This document shows positions 1 to 12,638 of a stretch of DNA of 64,000 nucleotides, in pieces. Both the position numbers and the translations under genes were made by a program. The stretch's first letter is position 1. Each line of letters starts with the position of its first letter. Source of the stretch: Malacoraja senta (lineage: Eukaryota). Under the pieces are notes generated by a model. The model saw only the letters and a list, made by a program, of their open reading frames with translations. It had not been told where the DNA came from and ran no database searches. The DNA lies in assembly GCA_038087875.1 (NCBI GenBank), contig CM075988.1:17238001-17302000 (forward strand), in the 5' to 3' direction.

Positions 1-784
1 CTTTCCTTTAAAACGTGGTTATCATGCATCTGCTTATCTGATTGTAGATCTCAAAACTTGTCATTTAGCGCATTGCATTGTATCTTTTATTGCCTGAATT
101 TAGACTAGTGCATTTCTCAGCTGAATTAGTACATAGTGGAAATACTTTTATTTGTGCTTCATTTGTTGATTTTCATGTATGAGAAGCCCTTTTTCAGACC
201 ACTGTGTTGTTTGCTGTGGCTACTTTTCTCAATATGCGCAAAAAAGCATTTTTTATATTGAACAAGAATAAAGACTTTGTTTCACATTCAAGACATTTGT
301 TTCACATAAGACTTTGTCTTATTTTCTGATCTACTGAGAGGTGACAATTTTAAACATTTAAAAAGCACAGCATATGAGGCAGCTGAGTCCTTAAATCTCA
401 CAAATGATTGTGAGAATCAAGATGTGAATATATTTTGCCTTCCTCTATTTTGTGTTTTATGATGAAAGGAATATTACATTCAAGTCATGAGACTTTGTAG
501 TGATATTAAAATGAAGACTTCCAGACATCAATTTGATCTTGATAGCAAAGAACTCTCTTTTATTGTGCAATGAAGTAAACAAACAGTGAGAATCAAACGG
601 ATCAGCAAAAAGCTTTTCAACACAACACAACACAACACAAATTTATATATAAACTTCAAGCAATTTTTTCTTTTCAACCCACTCTGTCACCTTATCAATA
701 ACTTGCTTAACTGTGTTAAGCAGAATTTGTCTTTAAAAAGTCTAAGTAACTGATATTTCTGTCCCTGATTATTGTTTCTAAAAA

Positions 785-995
785 GAGTTCCCACGGTAGA
801 ATCACGAGTCACAAAGTTAAACGCACGGGCCACTACGTCCTTACAACGAGTTTAAATGTTTCAATTTTTAACCACAAGAGTACATTTTACTCGTGGAAAA
901 GTTCAAACATGTTTGAACTTTTGCAAGAGTTAACAAGTTTCACGTGTACCTCCCGGGGTCACTCGTGGGTCAACTCGCACAGTGAGACAGCCCTT
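785..995. mobile_element. Degenerate PIF/Harbinger-type MITE, one end only
   Basis: Terminus cagtgagacagcccct followed by tta; 26-bp internal palindrome aaaagttcaaacatgtttgaactttt (897-922) resembles those of the 12639 and 20020 copies. Confidence 0.55.
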
Positions 996-1033
996 TTACC
1001 CCTGAGGTACTGGAAGAGAGAAGGTGGGAGACA

Positions 1034-1715
1034 GTGAGAAAGGGAGGGAAGCATGGAATGCAAACGTCCCCGGGTGTTGTACCTCTTGTGAACAGGTTCA
1101 CCCACTTAGAAGCTGTCGGGACAGAAGACGTTTTAACACTGAGCGGCAGACTGGCTTGCGATGCGAATAGGGCTGTTGAGCCAAAACCAAAAAGGCCAAA
1201 GTCAGGCAACGCCATTGTAGTGGGAGACTCCATTGTGAGAGGTACGGACAGGGGTTTCTGCGGCAACAGACGGGATTCGAGGATGGTGTGCTGCCTTCCT
1301 GGTGCCAGGATCCAGGATGTCACGGACAGAGTGCAGAAAATCCTCAAGGGCGAAGGTGAACAGCCGGAAGTGGTAGTGCATGTCGGCACAAACGATGTTG
1401 GAAAGAAGGGGATGAATATTCTGCAGCATGACTTTAGAGAGCTCGGAAAAATGCTGAAGCAGGACCTCCAGGGTTGTTATCTCCGGTTTGCTTCCAGTTC
1501 CTCGTGCTGGCGAGAGCAGGAACAGGGAGATACGGGACCTGAACGTGTGGCTGAGGAACTGGTGCACGGGGCAGGGATTTAGATTCTTAGATCACTGGGA
1601 TCTGTTTTGGAGTAAAAGGGAACTGTACAAAAGGGACAGATTGCATCTCAACAGGTGGGGGACCAGCATTCTGGCAGGCAGGTTTGCCACTACTACACGG
1701 GTGGTTTTAAACTGA
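1034..1715 (+). pseudogene. CR1 ORF1 SGNH/GDSL esterase domain, frameshifted near 1457
   Basis: Motifs IVVGDSIVRG, CLPGARIQD and VHVGTND in one frame; LLPVPRA...DRLHLN in a second frame. Confidence 0.85.
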
Positions 1716-4700
1716 ATAAGGGGGGTGGGGTGTCGAATGGGATAGTTGAGGATGGAGTTAAAGGGAAAGGGTTTCTTAAATGTGTGAGCGTAGAGACAGA
1801 GGGGTGTAAAATGAGGGTAGAAGCAATAGGTAGCAAGGTGAAAAGTAAAAGTGGCAGGCAGGCAAATCCAGGGCAAAAATCAAAAAGGGCCACTTTTCAA
1901 CATAATTGTATAAGGGGTAAGAGTGTTGTAAAAACAAGCCTGAAGGCTTTGTGTCTCAATGCAAGGAGCATTTATAATAAGGTGGATGAGTTGAATGTGC
2001 TGATAGCTATTAATGACTATGATATAGTTGGGATCACGGAGACATGGCTCCAGGGTAACCAAGGCTGGGAGCTGAACATCCAGGGATATTCAATATCCAG
2101 GAGGGATAGACAGAAAGGGAAAGGAGGTGGGGTAGCATTGCTGATTAGAGAGCAGATTAACGCAATAGAAAGGAAGGACATTAGCTTGGAGGATATGGAA
2201 TCGATATGGGTAGAGCTGCAAAACACTAAGGGGCAGAAAACGCTAGTGGGAGTTGTGTACAGGCCACCTAACAGTAGTAGTGGAGTTGGGGATGGCATCA
2301 AACAGGAAATTAGAAATGCGCGCAACAAAGGTAAAACAGTTATAATGGGTGACTTCAATCTACATATAGATTGGGTGAATCAAATTGGCAAGGGTGCTGA
2401 GGAAGAGGATTTCTTGGAATGTATGCGGGATAGTTTTCTAAACCAACATGTAGAGGAACCAACGAGAGAACAGGCTATTCTAGATTGGGTATTGAGTAAT
2501 GAGGAAGGGATAGTTAGCAGTCTTGTTGTGCGTGGCCCCTTGGGCAAGAGTGACCATAATATGGTTGAGTTCTTCATTAGGATGGAGAGTGACATTGTTA
2601 ATTCAGAAACAAGGGTCCTGAACTTAAAGAAAGGTAACTTTGAGGGTATGAGAAGTGAATTGGCCAAGATAGACTGGCAATTGATTCTTAATGGGTTGAC
2701 GGTAGATATGCAATGGAAGGCATTTAAAGACTGCATGGATGAACTACAACAATTGTTCATCCCAGTTTGGCAAAAAAATAAATCAGGGAAGGTAGTGCAT
2801 CCATGGATAACAAGGGAAATCAGGGATAGTATCAAAACAAAAGATGAATCGTACAAATTAGCCAGAAAAAGCAGCCTACCAGAGGACTGGGAGAAATTCA
2901 GAGTCCAGCAGAGGAGGACAAAGGGCTTAATTAGGAAAGGGAAAATAGATTATGAAAGAAAACTGGCAGGGAACATAAAAAATGACTGCAAAAGCTTTTA
3001 TAGATATGTGAAGAGAAAAAGATTAGTTAAAACAAATGTAGGTCCCTTGCAGTCAGAAACAGGTGAATTGATCATGGGGAACAAGGACATGGCATACCAA
3101 TTGAATAACTACTTTGGTTCTGTCTTCACTAAGGAAGACATAAATAATCTGCCGGAAATAGCAGGGGACCGGGGGTCAAATGAGATGGAGGAACTGAGTG
3201 AAATCCAGGTTAGCCAGGAAGTGGTGTTAGGTAAATTGAATGGATTAAAGGCCGATAAATCCCCAGGGCCAGATAGGCTGCATCCCAGAGTACTTAAGGA
3301 AGTAGCCCCAGAAATAGTGGATGCATTAGTGATAATTTTTCAAAACTCTTTAGATTCTGGAGTAGTTCCTGAGGATTGGAGGGTAGCTACTGTAACCCCA
3401 CTTTTTAAAAAGGGAGGGAGAGAGAAAACGGGGAATTACAGACCAGTTAGTCTAACGTCGGTAGTGGGGAAACTGCTAGAATCAGTTATTAAAGATGGGA
3501 TAGCAGCACATTTGGAAAGTGGTGAAATCATTGGACAAAGTCAGCATGGATTTATGAAAGGTAAATCATCTCTGACGAATCTTATAGAATTTTTCGAGGA
3601 TGTAACTAGTAGAGTGGATAAGGGAGAACCAGTGGATGTGTTATATCTGGACTTTCAGAAGGCTTTCGACAAGGTCCCACATAAGAGATTAGTATACAAA
3701 CTTAAAGCACACTGTATTGGGGGTTCAGTATTGATGTGGATAGAGAACTGGCTGGCAGACAGGAAGCAAAGAGTAGGAGTAAACGGGTCCCTTTCACAAT
3801 GGCAGGCAGTGACTAGTGGGGTACCGCAAGGCTCAGTGCTGGGACCCCAGCTATTTACGATATATATTAATGATTTGGACGAGGGAATTGAATGCAACAT
3901 CTCCAAGTTTGCGGATAACACAAAGCTGGGGGGCAGTGTTAGCTGTGAGGAGGATGCTCAGAGGATGCAAGGTGACTTGGATAGGCTGGGTGAGTGGGCA
4001 AATGCATGGCAGATGCAGTATAATGTGGATAAATGTGAGGTTATCCACTTTGGTGGCAAAAACAGGAAAGTAGACTGTTATCTGAATGGTGGCCGATTAG
4101 GAAAAGGGGAGATGCAACGAGACCTGGGTGTCATGGTACACCAGTCATTAAAAGTAGGCATGCAGGTGCAGCAGGCAGTGAAGAAGGCGAATGGTATGTT
4201 AGCATTCATAGCAAAAGGATTTGAGTATAGGAGCAGGGAGGTTCTGCAGTTGTACAGGGTCTTGGTGAGACCACACCTGGAGTATTGCGTACAGTTTTGG
4301 TCTCCTAATCTGAGGAAAGACATTCTTGCCATAGAGGGAGTACAGAGAAGGTTCACCAGACTGATTCCTGGGATGTCAGGACTTTCATATGAAGAAAGAC
4401 TGGATAGACTCGGTTTGTACTCGCTAGAATTTAGAAGATTGAGGGGGGATCTTATAGAAACGTACAAAATTCTTAAGGGGTTGGACAGGCTAGATGCAGG
4501 AAGATTGTTCCCGATGTTGGGGAAGTCCAGAACAAGGGGTCACAGTTTAAGGATAAGGGAGAAATCTTTTAGGACCGAGATGAGGAAAACATTTTTCACA
4601 CAGAGAGTGGTGAATCTCTGGAATTCTCTGCCACAGAAGGTAGTTGAGGCCAGTTCATTGGCTATATTTAAGAGGGAGTTAGATGTGGCCCTTGTGGCTA

Positions 4701-4744
4701 AAGGGATCAGGGGGTATGGAGAGAAAGCAGGTACAGGATACTGA
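1655..4744 (+). CDS. CR1 ORF2 (APE endonuclease + reverse transcriptase); catalytic FADD reads FADN
   Basis: LNARS, GITETW, GDFN and SDHN (APE); KSPGPD, NYRPVSLTS, LDFQKAFDKV, GVPQGSVLGP and FADNT (RT). True start uncertain. Confidence 0.92.
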   Translation: MGDQHSGRQVCHYYTGGFKLNKGGGVSNGIVEDGVKGKGFLKCVSVETEGCKMRVEAIGSKVKSKSGRQANPGQKSKRATFQHNCIRGKSVVKTSLKALCLNARSIYNKVDELNVLIAINDYDIVGITETWLQGNQGWELNIQGYSISRRDRQKGKGGGVALLIREQINAIERKDISLEDMESIWVELQNTKGQKTLVGVVYRPPNSSSGVGDGIKQEIRNARNKGKTVIMGDFNLHIDWVNQIGKGAEEEDFLECMRDSFLNQHVEEPTREQAILDWVLSNEEGIVSSLVVRGPLGKSDHNMVEFFIRMESDIVNSETRVLNLKKGNFEGMRSELAKIDWQLILNGLTVDMQWKAFKDCMDELQQLFIPVWQKNKSGKVVHPWITREIRDSIKTKDESYKLARKSSLPEDWEKFRVQQRRTKGLIRKGKIDYERKLAGNIKNDCKSFYRYVKRKRLVKTNVGPLQSETGELIMGNKDMAYQLNNYFGSVFTKEDINNLPEIAGDRGSNEMEELSEIQVSQEVVLGKLNGLKADKSPGPDRLHPRVLKEVAPEIVDALVIIFQNSLDSGVVPEDWRVATVTPLFKKGGREKTGNYRPVSLTSVVGKLLESVIKDGIAAHLESGEIIGQSQHGFMKGKSSLTNLIEFFEDVTSRVDKGEPVDVLYLDFQKAFDKVPHKRLVYKLKAHCIGGSVLMWIENWLADRKQRVGVNGSLSQWQAVTSGVPQGSVLGPQLFTIYINDLDEGIECNISKFADNTKLGGSVSCEEDAQRMQGDLDRLGEWANAWQMQYNVDKCEVIHFGGKNRKVDCYLNGGRLGKGEMQRDLGVMVHQSLKVGMQVQQAVKKANGMLAFIAKGFEYRSREVLQLYRVLVRPHLEYCVQFWSPNLRKDILAIEGVQRRFTRLIPGMSGLSYEERLDRLGLYSLEFRRLRGDLIETYKILKGLDRLDAGRLFPMLGKSRTRGHSLRIREKSFRTEMRKTFFTQRVVNLWNSLPQKVVEASSLAIFKRELDVALVAKGIRGYGEKAGTGY

Positions 4745-5679
4745 GTTGGATGATCAGCCATGATCATATTGAATGGCGGTGCAGGCTCGAAGGGCTGAAT
4801 GGCCTACTCCTGCACCTATTTTCTATGTTTCTAACATGCCCCCCCCCCCCCCCCCGAGGCAAAAGGCTTCAAGCATCCACGAGGGAAAATCAATACCTTT
4901 GCAACTGGTAGAATCCAATTGGAGCTTGTAGAATGAGAGCTGATGAGAGATGGGAAGGGGAAATGGTTGCCAGCTCTGCTAAACTCTGCTGGTCTTGTTG
5001 GACAACTGCGGGAAACGTGAGGTGGGATGGACATGGTGAGCCCGAGGGCCAGGTGGACGGAGGAGACACAAGATACTGGAATCTGGAGCAGAAAACAAAC
5101 TGCTAGAGGGGTTCAACAGGTCAGGCAGCTTCTGTGGAGGCAGAGGCAGTTGACGTTATGGATTGGGCATCAGGACTGAGAGTGGAAAGGCAAGATGGCC
5201 AGCGTAAAGAGCAGAAGGGGTTGGGATATGTAGGTGATGGGTTGACTGTGGTGGGTAAAGGATGAAGGGCAGCTATGCTTCCTTACATTGGAAACAACAC
5301 AGTGGAGTCTTTAGCACCTCCCTTGGGTGCACTGGCTTCTGTGGATCATCCCTGTGTTGGAACACCGAAGAATTCAGGCACAAGACTGAGGTGTTGATGG
5401 GTGGATGAAGAGATAATCCTATGAACAAAGAGTAAGCAGTAAATGGGCTGTTACCCTTTGGAGTTTAGAATGGGATTTTTGAGATATGTCTGATCTCGGA
5501 GTTACCTCGACAAGGTTTCTGTTGAGATGAAAGTGGGATTCTAGAAGCAGGGAGCATACCCTCAGGGCATGACCCACAAGAATGAGATGGAAGGGTGTAG
5601 GGACTGGAGGTGGGGGGTTGTTGCCGACTGGTGACGTCTCTGCTCCCAACTTGCCTACGAGCCTCTAACATAATCAAGC

Positions 5680-6030
5680 GCCCCTCACCACCCGGTCATT
5701 CCATCTTCTTACCTCTCCCATCAGACAGAAGATACAAACACTGAACACAGGTACCACCAGATTCAGCAACTGCTTCATCCCCGCTGTTGGCTATTGAACC
5801 CCTCTGAAGCGAAGGATTTAGTCCCGATCTCCCAACCCTCCTCATTATGGTCCTTGTACTTATTATATCTGTACTTTCTCCACAGCTGTAACACTATATT
5901 CTGCAGTTTCCTCTTTGCACCATAGGTTGTACTTAAGTAAGGTCTGATTGTGCTCCTGGACAGCATGATTTGTCTGGATGTCACACAAAACAAGGTTTTG
6001 CACTGTATCCTGGTAACGTGACAATAGGAA
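5680..6030 (+). mobile_element. Rex-Babar (Rex1-like) LINE 3' fragment
   Basis: Degenerate HPGH..LPS.RRY...TTRFSNCFIP coding remnant, then the tttcactgta...gtgacaata 3' UTR. Confidence 0.6.
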
Positions 6031-6179
6031 GCCTATAGTAATCGCTATGAAACTATTGTTGATGCTGCTTTTATGATGGATGGCGTTCAGCAACCTGCAG
6101 CTCTGCTGGGACTTGGAGTAAATTCTTCTGACAAGGCCGTGAATCTGAGATTCTCTAACCCAGTGGGTTGTGGAGTGAA

Positions 6180-6422
6180 TGTGTAGGAAGGAACTGCAGA
6201 TGCTGGTTTAAACCAAAGATAGACACAAAAAGCTGGAGTAACTCAGTGGGACAGGCAGCATTTCTGGAAAGAAGGAATGGGTGACATTTTGGGTCGAGAC
6301 CCTTCTTCAAACTGAAGACAGAAGGGTCCAAAGAAGGGCCTCGACCCAAAACGTCACCCATTCCTTTTCTCCAGAGATGCTGCTTGTCCCGCTGAGTTAC
6401 TCCAGATTTTTATGTCTACCTT
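6180..6422. mobile_element. PLE-terminus-derived inverted-pair element with degenerate hammerhead cores
   Basis: Two inverted ~110-130-bp arms; flanking direct repeats tgggttgtggagtgaa (6164-6179) and tgggtagtggattgaa (6423-6438). Confidence 0.75.
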
Positions 6423-7934
6423 TGGGTAGTGGATTGAAGCTGGGTTTGAAACTACAGATAACACCAAAGTGAATCGAGAATTATGGGGATCAGCAAAAAA
6501 ATGTAGCTGCGAGCCAAAGAATATTCATTCATTTATTCATCATCGTTGAAAACATTAACAACGTAGTGGTGCTGGTTTCCAAAGGGAACGGTGACGGACG
6601 CACGACACATGTGTCCGCCAGTTCCTGCGGACTTCCGCCGCTGGAAGTATAGGATTTTGGTGTGTGTGCTTTATCATCATTCCTTACAATGCTATGTACG
6701 ACAGTGATCGCAACTTCTGCTGAAGTGTGGATGGCCGTTGGCTCGCTAGAAGCTCATCCGCCCTTTGACAGGTCTTGTTTTGGGTCCTTCTGGGGGTCCA
6801 CAGCCCCCTCCTCACCTGGAAAACCAGGTGGGGGAGACGGTTTTGTCACTGACTATCCGACCATGGAGCAGGTACCACGTGATTACATGGTACCCATAGC
6901 GGGGGGAACTCCCCCGACCTGACCTGAATAGCCACATCTTATTGAAATGCAAAGTGTGCTTGAAAGACAGTTTGGACTTTTTCTTGTATCTTGTGTTTCA
7001 ACACAGGCACAATAAGCCGGCAACACAAGACTGGAGAAAAGCACCGATTGTTCTTTCACTATGCTGCTCTGTTCCAGTTAACTCTCTTACTACAACAGTC
7101 AGCTTTAGTTGTTCTCAAGTAAAATTGCCGGGAAGACCTTGAACCTGTGTCGGCCGTGAACTTGTTCTGGTTTTGTAGCATCATTCGCCCTCCCATGCTG
7201 AGACGCTTTTTGCTTCTGTCACACTTCCTGCTGTGTTCAGTGTTTGGACCATTCTTTGTCAGGGAAATGTTCTCACTGCTTTAGCCACCAGGAAAGATTG
7301 GGAATGGAATTCTGTGCTTGAGAGAGCGGTGCTAGAATTCTAGCAAGTGCGGGTAAGCTTGATAAGCTATCATAGTACCATAATCACGCATTTCACAGCA
7401 TCAAACCTTGCATTCTACACCAAGGACATTCATAACGTAGCCACACAGAGAAATATTCTCCAATATCAATGCACAGTACAGCAAATGGGTTGTACAACAG
7501 TTCCACAGACCACGTTTGACAGCCTCACTGTTGAGACCATTAGCACAGACCCAGTGTAATGCTGCAGATCAATTCTATTTCTGAAATATAAATTATTTCT
7601 GTTGCACAACAAAAGCAAGCATATTATTTTTAAATCAAGCCATCAGGCTTGTTCCTTGCTAATGAATCTCTTGAGAGCCTTACCAATTAATAGTGCAAGC
7701 TGCGAGAGAAATTAGACCTTAGTAATTAAACAGCAGGTTATTAAAACCAGTGGACCTCAGCTTGAATAGGAGTTTTGTTCCTTTGGAATATAATGCTGTA
7801 ATTTCATGCAGGGACCAAGTTTGTTCTCCCTTAATGACAAGGATGCCTGCCGCAGGTTCATTTTCTAGGCTGCATGGTTAGATTCGACTTCTGTATTAGA
7901 CTTCCAAAGCACTGAATGTGGAGAATGCAAAAGA

Positions 7935-8235
7935 TCAGCTAGTAGAGCAGTTGTCTCACAGCACCAGAGACCCAGATTCAATCTTGACCTCGGATGCTAT
8001 CTGTGTGGAGTTTACATGTTCTCCCTGTGACCGTGTAGGTTTCCTCCAGGTGCTCCAGGATCCCCCCACATTCCAAATATGCATGGGTTTGTAGATTAAT
8101 TGGCCTCTGTAAATTGCCCCTAGTGAGTAGGGAGTGGATGAGCAAGTGGGATAACATGGAACTAGTGTGAACGGGCGATCAATGTTCAACGTGGACTTGG
8201 TGGGCCAGGAGCCTGTTTCCAATTTGTTTCTTTAA
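7935..8235 (+). mobile_element. HE1-like tRNA-derived V-SINE
   Basis: tRNA-like head (B box ttcaatc), V-domain tgtgtggagttt...ttctccc, HER1-type tail gggcc..gagcctgtttcc. Confidence 0.75.
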
Positions 8236-8976
8236 ATCCTGGCATTCAGCTCACAATTCTGAAATTTGCACTCCCTGACTGTTTAGTCAGGGTTTTTATT
8301 GGTAATTGCACTGGAAAGTTAGACTTGGAAATATGTCACCATTCCTTCATCATCATGGGTTAAGACCCCTCACGTTGACTGCAATGGTTTATAAAGATGG
8401 CTCCCCAACATTTCTCCAGTGCAATTAAAGATGGCATTAGAACTGGCCTTTCCAGTGTTATTATCACAATAATAAATAAAAGGAAAATATGATAACCTTC
8501 ATAAATCACAACACAATTAAAAGATAGTTCAGGCACATCTTAGATAGTGGAAGTGTTCTGGCAGAGGAGATGGGGAAAATTATTTCTGGATGGGGGAGGA
8601 TGGCTGTTTGATCATTTAATTAGCTTGAACCATAGAAAGGAAAGAACTAATAGATTTCTGTAACTTGCCAAACTTGTTGTCTCTTTATTATCTTGTCACA
8701 TTGTTACTTGGACATGCAGCAGAATGCCTTGAATTGACATGGTGTTCAGTGGAATGGGATGTGGGAGGAGCAGAACATTTGAGGTGTAAGAAAGTAGATT
8801 CCTAATAATAACAAAACACAAAGCGCCGGAGGAAGTCAGCGGGTCAGACAGCATCTGCGGATGGATTGGGCAGATGGCATTTTGGGTCAGGATCCTTCAC
8901 GATGCTGTCTGGCTGCAGAGTTCCTCCAGCACTTTGTTTTTTTTTTGTTCAAAGTTCCAGTATCTGCAGTTGTGTG

Positions 8977-9470
8977 TCAAGTCAAGTGAGTTTATTGTCA
9001 TGTGTCCCTGGTAGGACAATGAAATTCTTGCTTTGCTTGAGCACAACAGAACATAGTAGGCATTTACTACAAGGCATTCTATAAATATATACACAATGGT
9101 CAATATACTGATAAAGTGCAAATAACAGTATTGGCTAATAAAGTTCAGTGTTATGTCCAAGCCAGGTTTAATAGCCTGATGGCTGTGGGGAAGTAGCTGT
9201 TCCTGAACCTGGTCGTTGCAGTCTTCAGGCTCCTGTACCTTCTACCTGAAGGTAGTAGGGAGATGAGTGTGTGGCCAGGATGGTGTGGGTCCTTGATGAT
9301 GCTGCCAGCCTTTTTGAGGCAGCGACTGTGGTAGATTCCCTCGATGGAAGGGAGGTCAGAGCCGATGATGGACTGGGCAGTGTTTACTACTTTTTGTAGT
9401 CTTTTCCTCTCCAGGGCACTCAAGTTGCCGAACCAAGCCACGATGCAACCGGTCAGCATGCTCTCTACTG
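8977..9470 (-). mobile_element. Rex-Babar (Rex1-like) LINE 3' fragment
   Basis: ORF 9151-9459: GCIVAWFGN...IIKDPHHPGH..LLPSGRRYRS...RFRNSYFPTAIRLLN; (CTTGA)n tail at 8977-8986. Confidence 0.85.
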
Positions 9471-11465
9471 TGCTCTACTCTACTCTCTCTTCCTAATGAC
9501 AACACTGTGTCAGCCATTTAAGTGGAGTGAGGGTGAGATTTATATCTGTGCTTATTGCAAAAAAAACTATTATATAGCAAAGAAAGTATGGTCAAGGAAA
9601 GAGCGTTCACGTCGCGGCCCTATTTTCACCAATCTTTCCACCACCAGGCACAAGAAGCACAAGAAGCACAAGACTGACACCATTGTATGCAGATGCCGAG
9701 AAGTATGTTCAGCTCTGGCTGAACAACTTCGATTCTTGTGTGTGGATTCGATAAGAAGAAGAAGCAAAGAAAGTAAATTTACTCAAAAATAAGTCTGCTT
9801 GAAGAAAACGGAACATGACTACATTTATGTGAGCAAGGTAGTCTCCCTGGGAAAATAAAAGCAAGATATTCTCTCTGGGCAAAATATGGTAAATGGAAGA
9901 TGATGACGTATAAAGAATGTGCATGGATAGGATAGGTTAGATCTGGAGAAATGTGTGCCGAACACAGGCAGGTGTGACTAGTGTAGATGGGGCATCTTGG
10001 TTGCATGGGCAAGTTGGGCCGAAGGGCCCGTTTCCACTCAGTATTACTCTATGACTCTCTTTGAAAGCCATTCTTGGTCGTAGGTCAAAAGGCTAGATTG
10101 GCTGGGAACTTACCCATTTACCTCCGCTCCGGCTCTAAATATTATCATTTCTCTGTCAGGAAAATTGCTTGGCATGGAGTCTGTCCCTTTTAAGGGACGA
10201 GAGAAGTTAAGCAGAGGATGGCTTATCTTATGAGGCCTATGAGGATTGCTAACCTTATGAGGCCACCCCTGCAGTTGAACTGATGGATGGCATCATGGCT
10301 GAATTCCAATGTTTCGTTTCACATTGCTTGAACATTCATTGGAACCAAGAGTGACGTTGCAGACTGAGCTTCCACATCACAGAAAAGGAACAATGCAACA
10401 AAAATCTTGGCACCAAAATTATTTTTCTACAAAGTTTCCAGGCAACATGCATCAAAACCGCCTAGCAACCCGACGGCTAGAATAAGTGCATAAGATACCT
10501 TACAGTACAAGAGGTGTTGCCACATGCAGAGGGACCCTGCTATGTTTACATCATCAGATGTACACAGAAAATCGTTTTTGGCTTTATTACATTTTATGTT
10601 GGTGGATAATATTTACTGGACTCAGACTGTCTTCTTGCACTTGAGGCAGCAGAAGTCCGCAGCAGGGTGATGCCATCCGGTTCGACATCCATAGGTGCCC
10701 GCCCTAAAAAGGGCGCATGTTCCGGGTTGGCGCCGAGCTGCGGCACTGCTACTGTCTCTGTTTGTTGTCGTTCGCCTGACTGAGGTCAGTTGACAGGCCT
10801 CACCACAGAGACGTCGACAACATGAGCCCCAACTCAGTCTGTCAAGTCAAGTATCTACAATCTCCACAGCAAAAGAATGGTCGACTGTGGTTCATTTGGA
10901 AGGACTCTTGCCTTTGAATGGGGATATGACATGTTGATGTTTCATTCCATGGTACCGCACTGTAGCCTAGTGTGATACTGAAGGAGTTTAGCACTGTTAT
11001 AAAGCCTGAGAGGCACAGAGCTGTACAGTACAGAAGCGGGCCCTTTGGCCAAACATCTATGCTATCTAACTGAGCTAGTCCCATGTGCCTGCACATTACC
11101 CCAGCGCTCCAACGTCGCACTTGTACCTGCCTCTACCACTTCCCCTAGCAGCTCGATCTATGTATGTACTACTCTCTGTGTGAAAATGTTGGCCCTTCCC
11201 GCTCTCACCTTAAACCTATGCTCTCTAGTTTTAGACATCCACAACGTCGCGATATAGACTGTGGATGGTCACCTTATTTATGCCCCGTGTGATTTTGTAC
11301 TGTCACTGGGATTATGTCTGGAGCTGGTAAACAGAGGTTCTTCTTATTGATGAGTGAATGTTTGATCGAACCTTTGGAGTTTGGAAGAGTTTTCCTGGAG
11401 TCTTGGTCAATGCTTATCCCTCAATCAGCACTTGTAAACAGATGTGAATATTTGTGAGATCTTGT

Positions 11466-11663
11466 AATAAAAAGGAACCGCAAACGCTGGTGTATACCAA
11501 AGATAGACACAAAATGCTGATGTAACTCAGCAGGTCAGGCAGCATCTCTGGAGAAAATGGATATTTGATGATCGGTACATTGTCCCAAACCGAAACAGCA
11601 CCTATCCATTTTCTCCAGAGATCCTGCCTGGCCCACTGAGTTACTCCAGCATTTTGTAGCTAC
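11466..11663. mobile_element. PLE-terminus-derived inverted-pair element inserted in an old DeuSINE
   Basis: Inverted arms; 16-bp TSD atttgtgagatcttgt (11450-11465) / atttgtgggatcttgt (11664-11679). Confidence 0.75.
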
Positions 11664-12574
11664 ATTTGTGGGATCTTGTTGTGCGGAAAAATAAATGTCC
11701 AGATTTTGTACGTACAACAATAATTATATGTTAAAAATAACTCATTTGTTGTAAAGTGCCCCGGGGAGACTTGAGATGATGAGAGGAGCTGAAAATAAAT
11801 CCAAATTTTAAAAAAACTTGTCAAATATACATGAAGTTATTGCAAATACAATCCGTTTCAGAAGTGGCATAATTATAGATATAGTGTAGACATTAAACAA
11901 AAGCCATTGTTGTTTTAAAGATGATTGGCCACAGGATCATTAAGTTTAATCAGGTGCAGAAATAACAGCTCTAGCATGATGGATAATTCAGCCTTCATGT
12001 TATAGATGGGACCGGACGCAGGCAGAAACATAATGAATTCAGTGTATTGGTAATCATATCATATGCTTCCTTGCTGTATTTTAATGTGGAATGGTTCGGG
12101 TTTGGGTTGGTTAAATGGGGCATTGTTTGTTGGGACTGCCTTATTAGCGTTTGTTTCCATTTTCAGAGCAGCATTAAATCGAGAAGGACTTGGACCTAAG
12201 CAGCATCTTTCATACCCTCGGGTTATCACTTGATGAGCAGTTGTAATGTTGGAGATATGGCAGATAATTTGCATTCAGCAAGATGCCATAGCAACCAGGG
12301 GATACTGACCAGACTATCTGCTTTAGTGACGTTGGACTGCGGGATTGACATCAGGCGTCCTGCATTTCCTCAAAATTGGATCTTTTACATTTATCTGTGA
12401 GTGAAGGAAAGTGCCCCTCAACATCTCGTCCAAAAGATGGCTCTCTCCAATAGTGCGCCCTTCGTAGTGTGAAAATATGTTTAGAAAATTTTCGCCAAAC
12501 CAGACTTGGGTGCTGAGCATTTGTCCGTTGCCTCGGGCCCAGTCCAGAACCCCCAACCCTGATCGTTCTGAATG

Positions 12575-12612
12575 CAGTCTGAAGAAGGGTTCTGACCCGA
12601 AACGTCACCCAT
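12575..12612 (+). ncRNA. Minimal type-I hammerhead ribozyme motif (PLE-associated)
   Basis: cagt-CTGAAGA-a-gggtt ct gaccc-GAAAC-GTC-acc; core intact. Confidence 0.65.
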
Positions 12613-12638
12613 CTTTTTTGTTCAGAGATACTGCCTAA

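Larger units (their letters stand above)
998..4833 (+). mobile_element. CR1-clade LINE, nearly full length (5'-truncated in ORF1)
   Basis: Esterase ORF1 remnant, then an open 1029-aa APE-RT ORF2, short 3' UTR and (TTTCTATG)-type tail ending ~4833. Confidence 0.95.

Noticed and set aside
6810..6927. HDV-like ribozyme on the minus strand
   Set aside because: A P1-like and P4-like pairing exists, but there is no L3 (UCC..CG), P1.1 GG or J4/2 catalytic C pattern.
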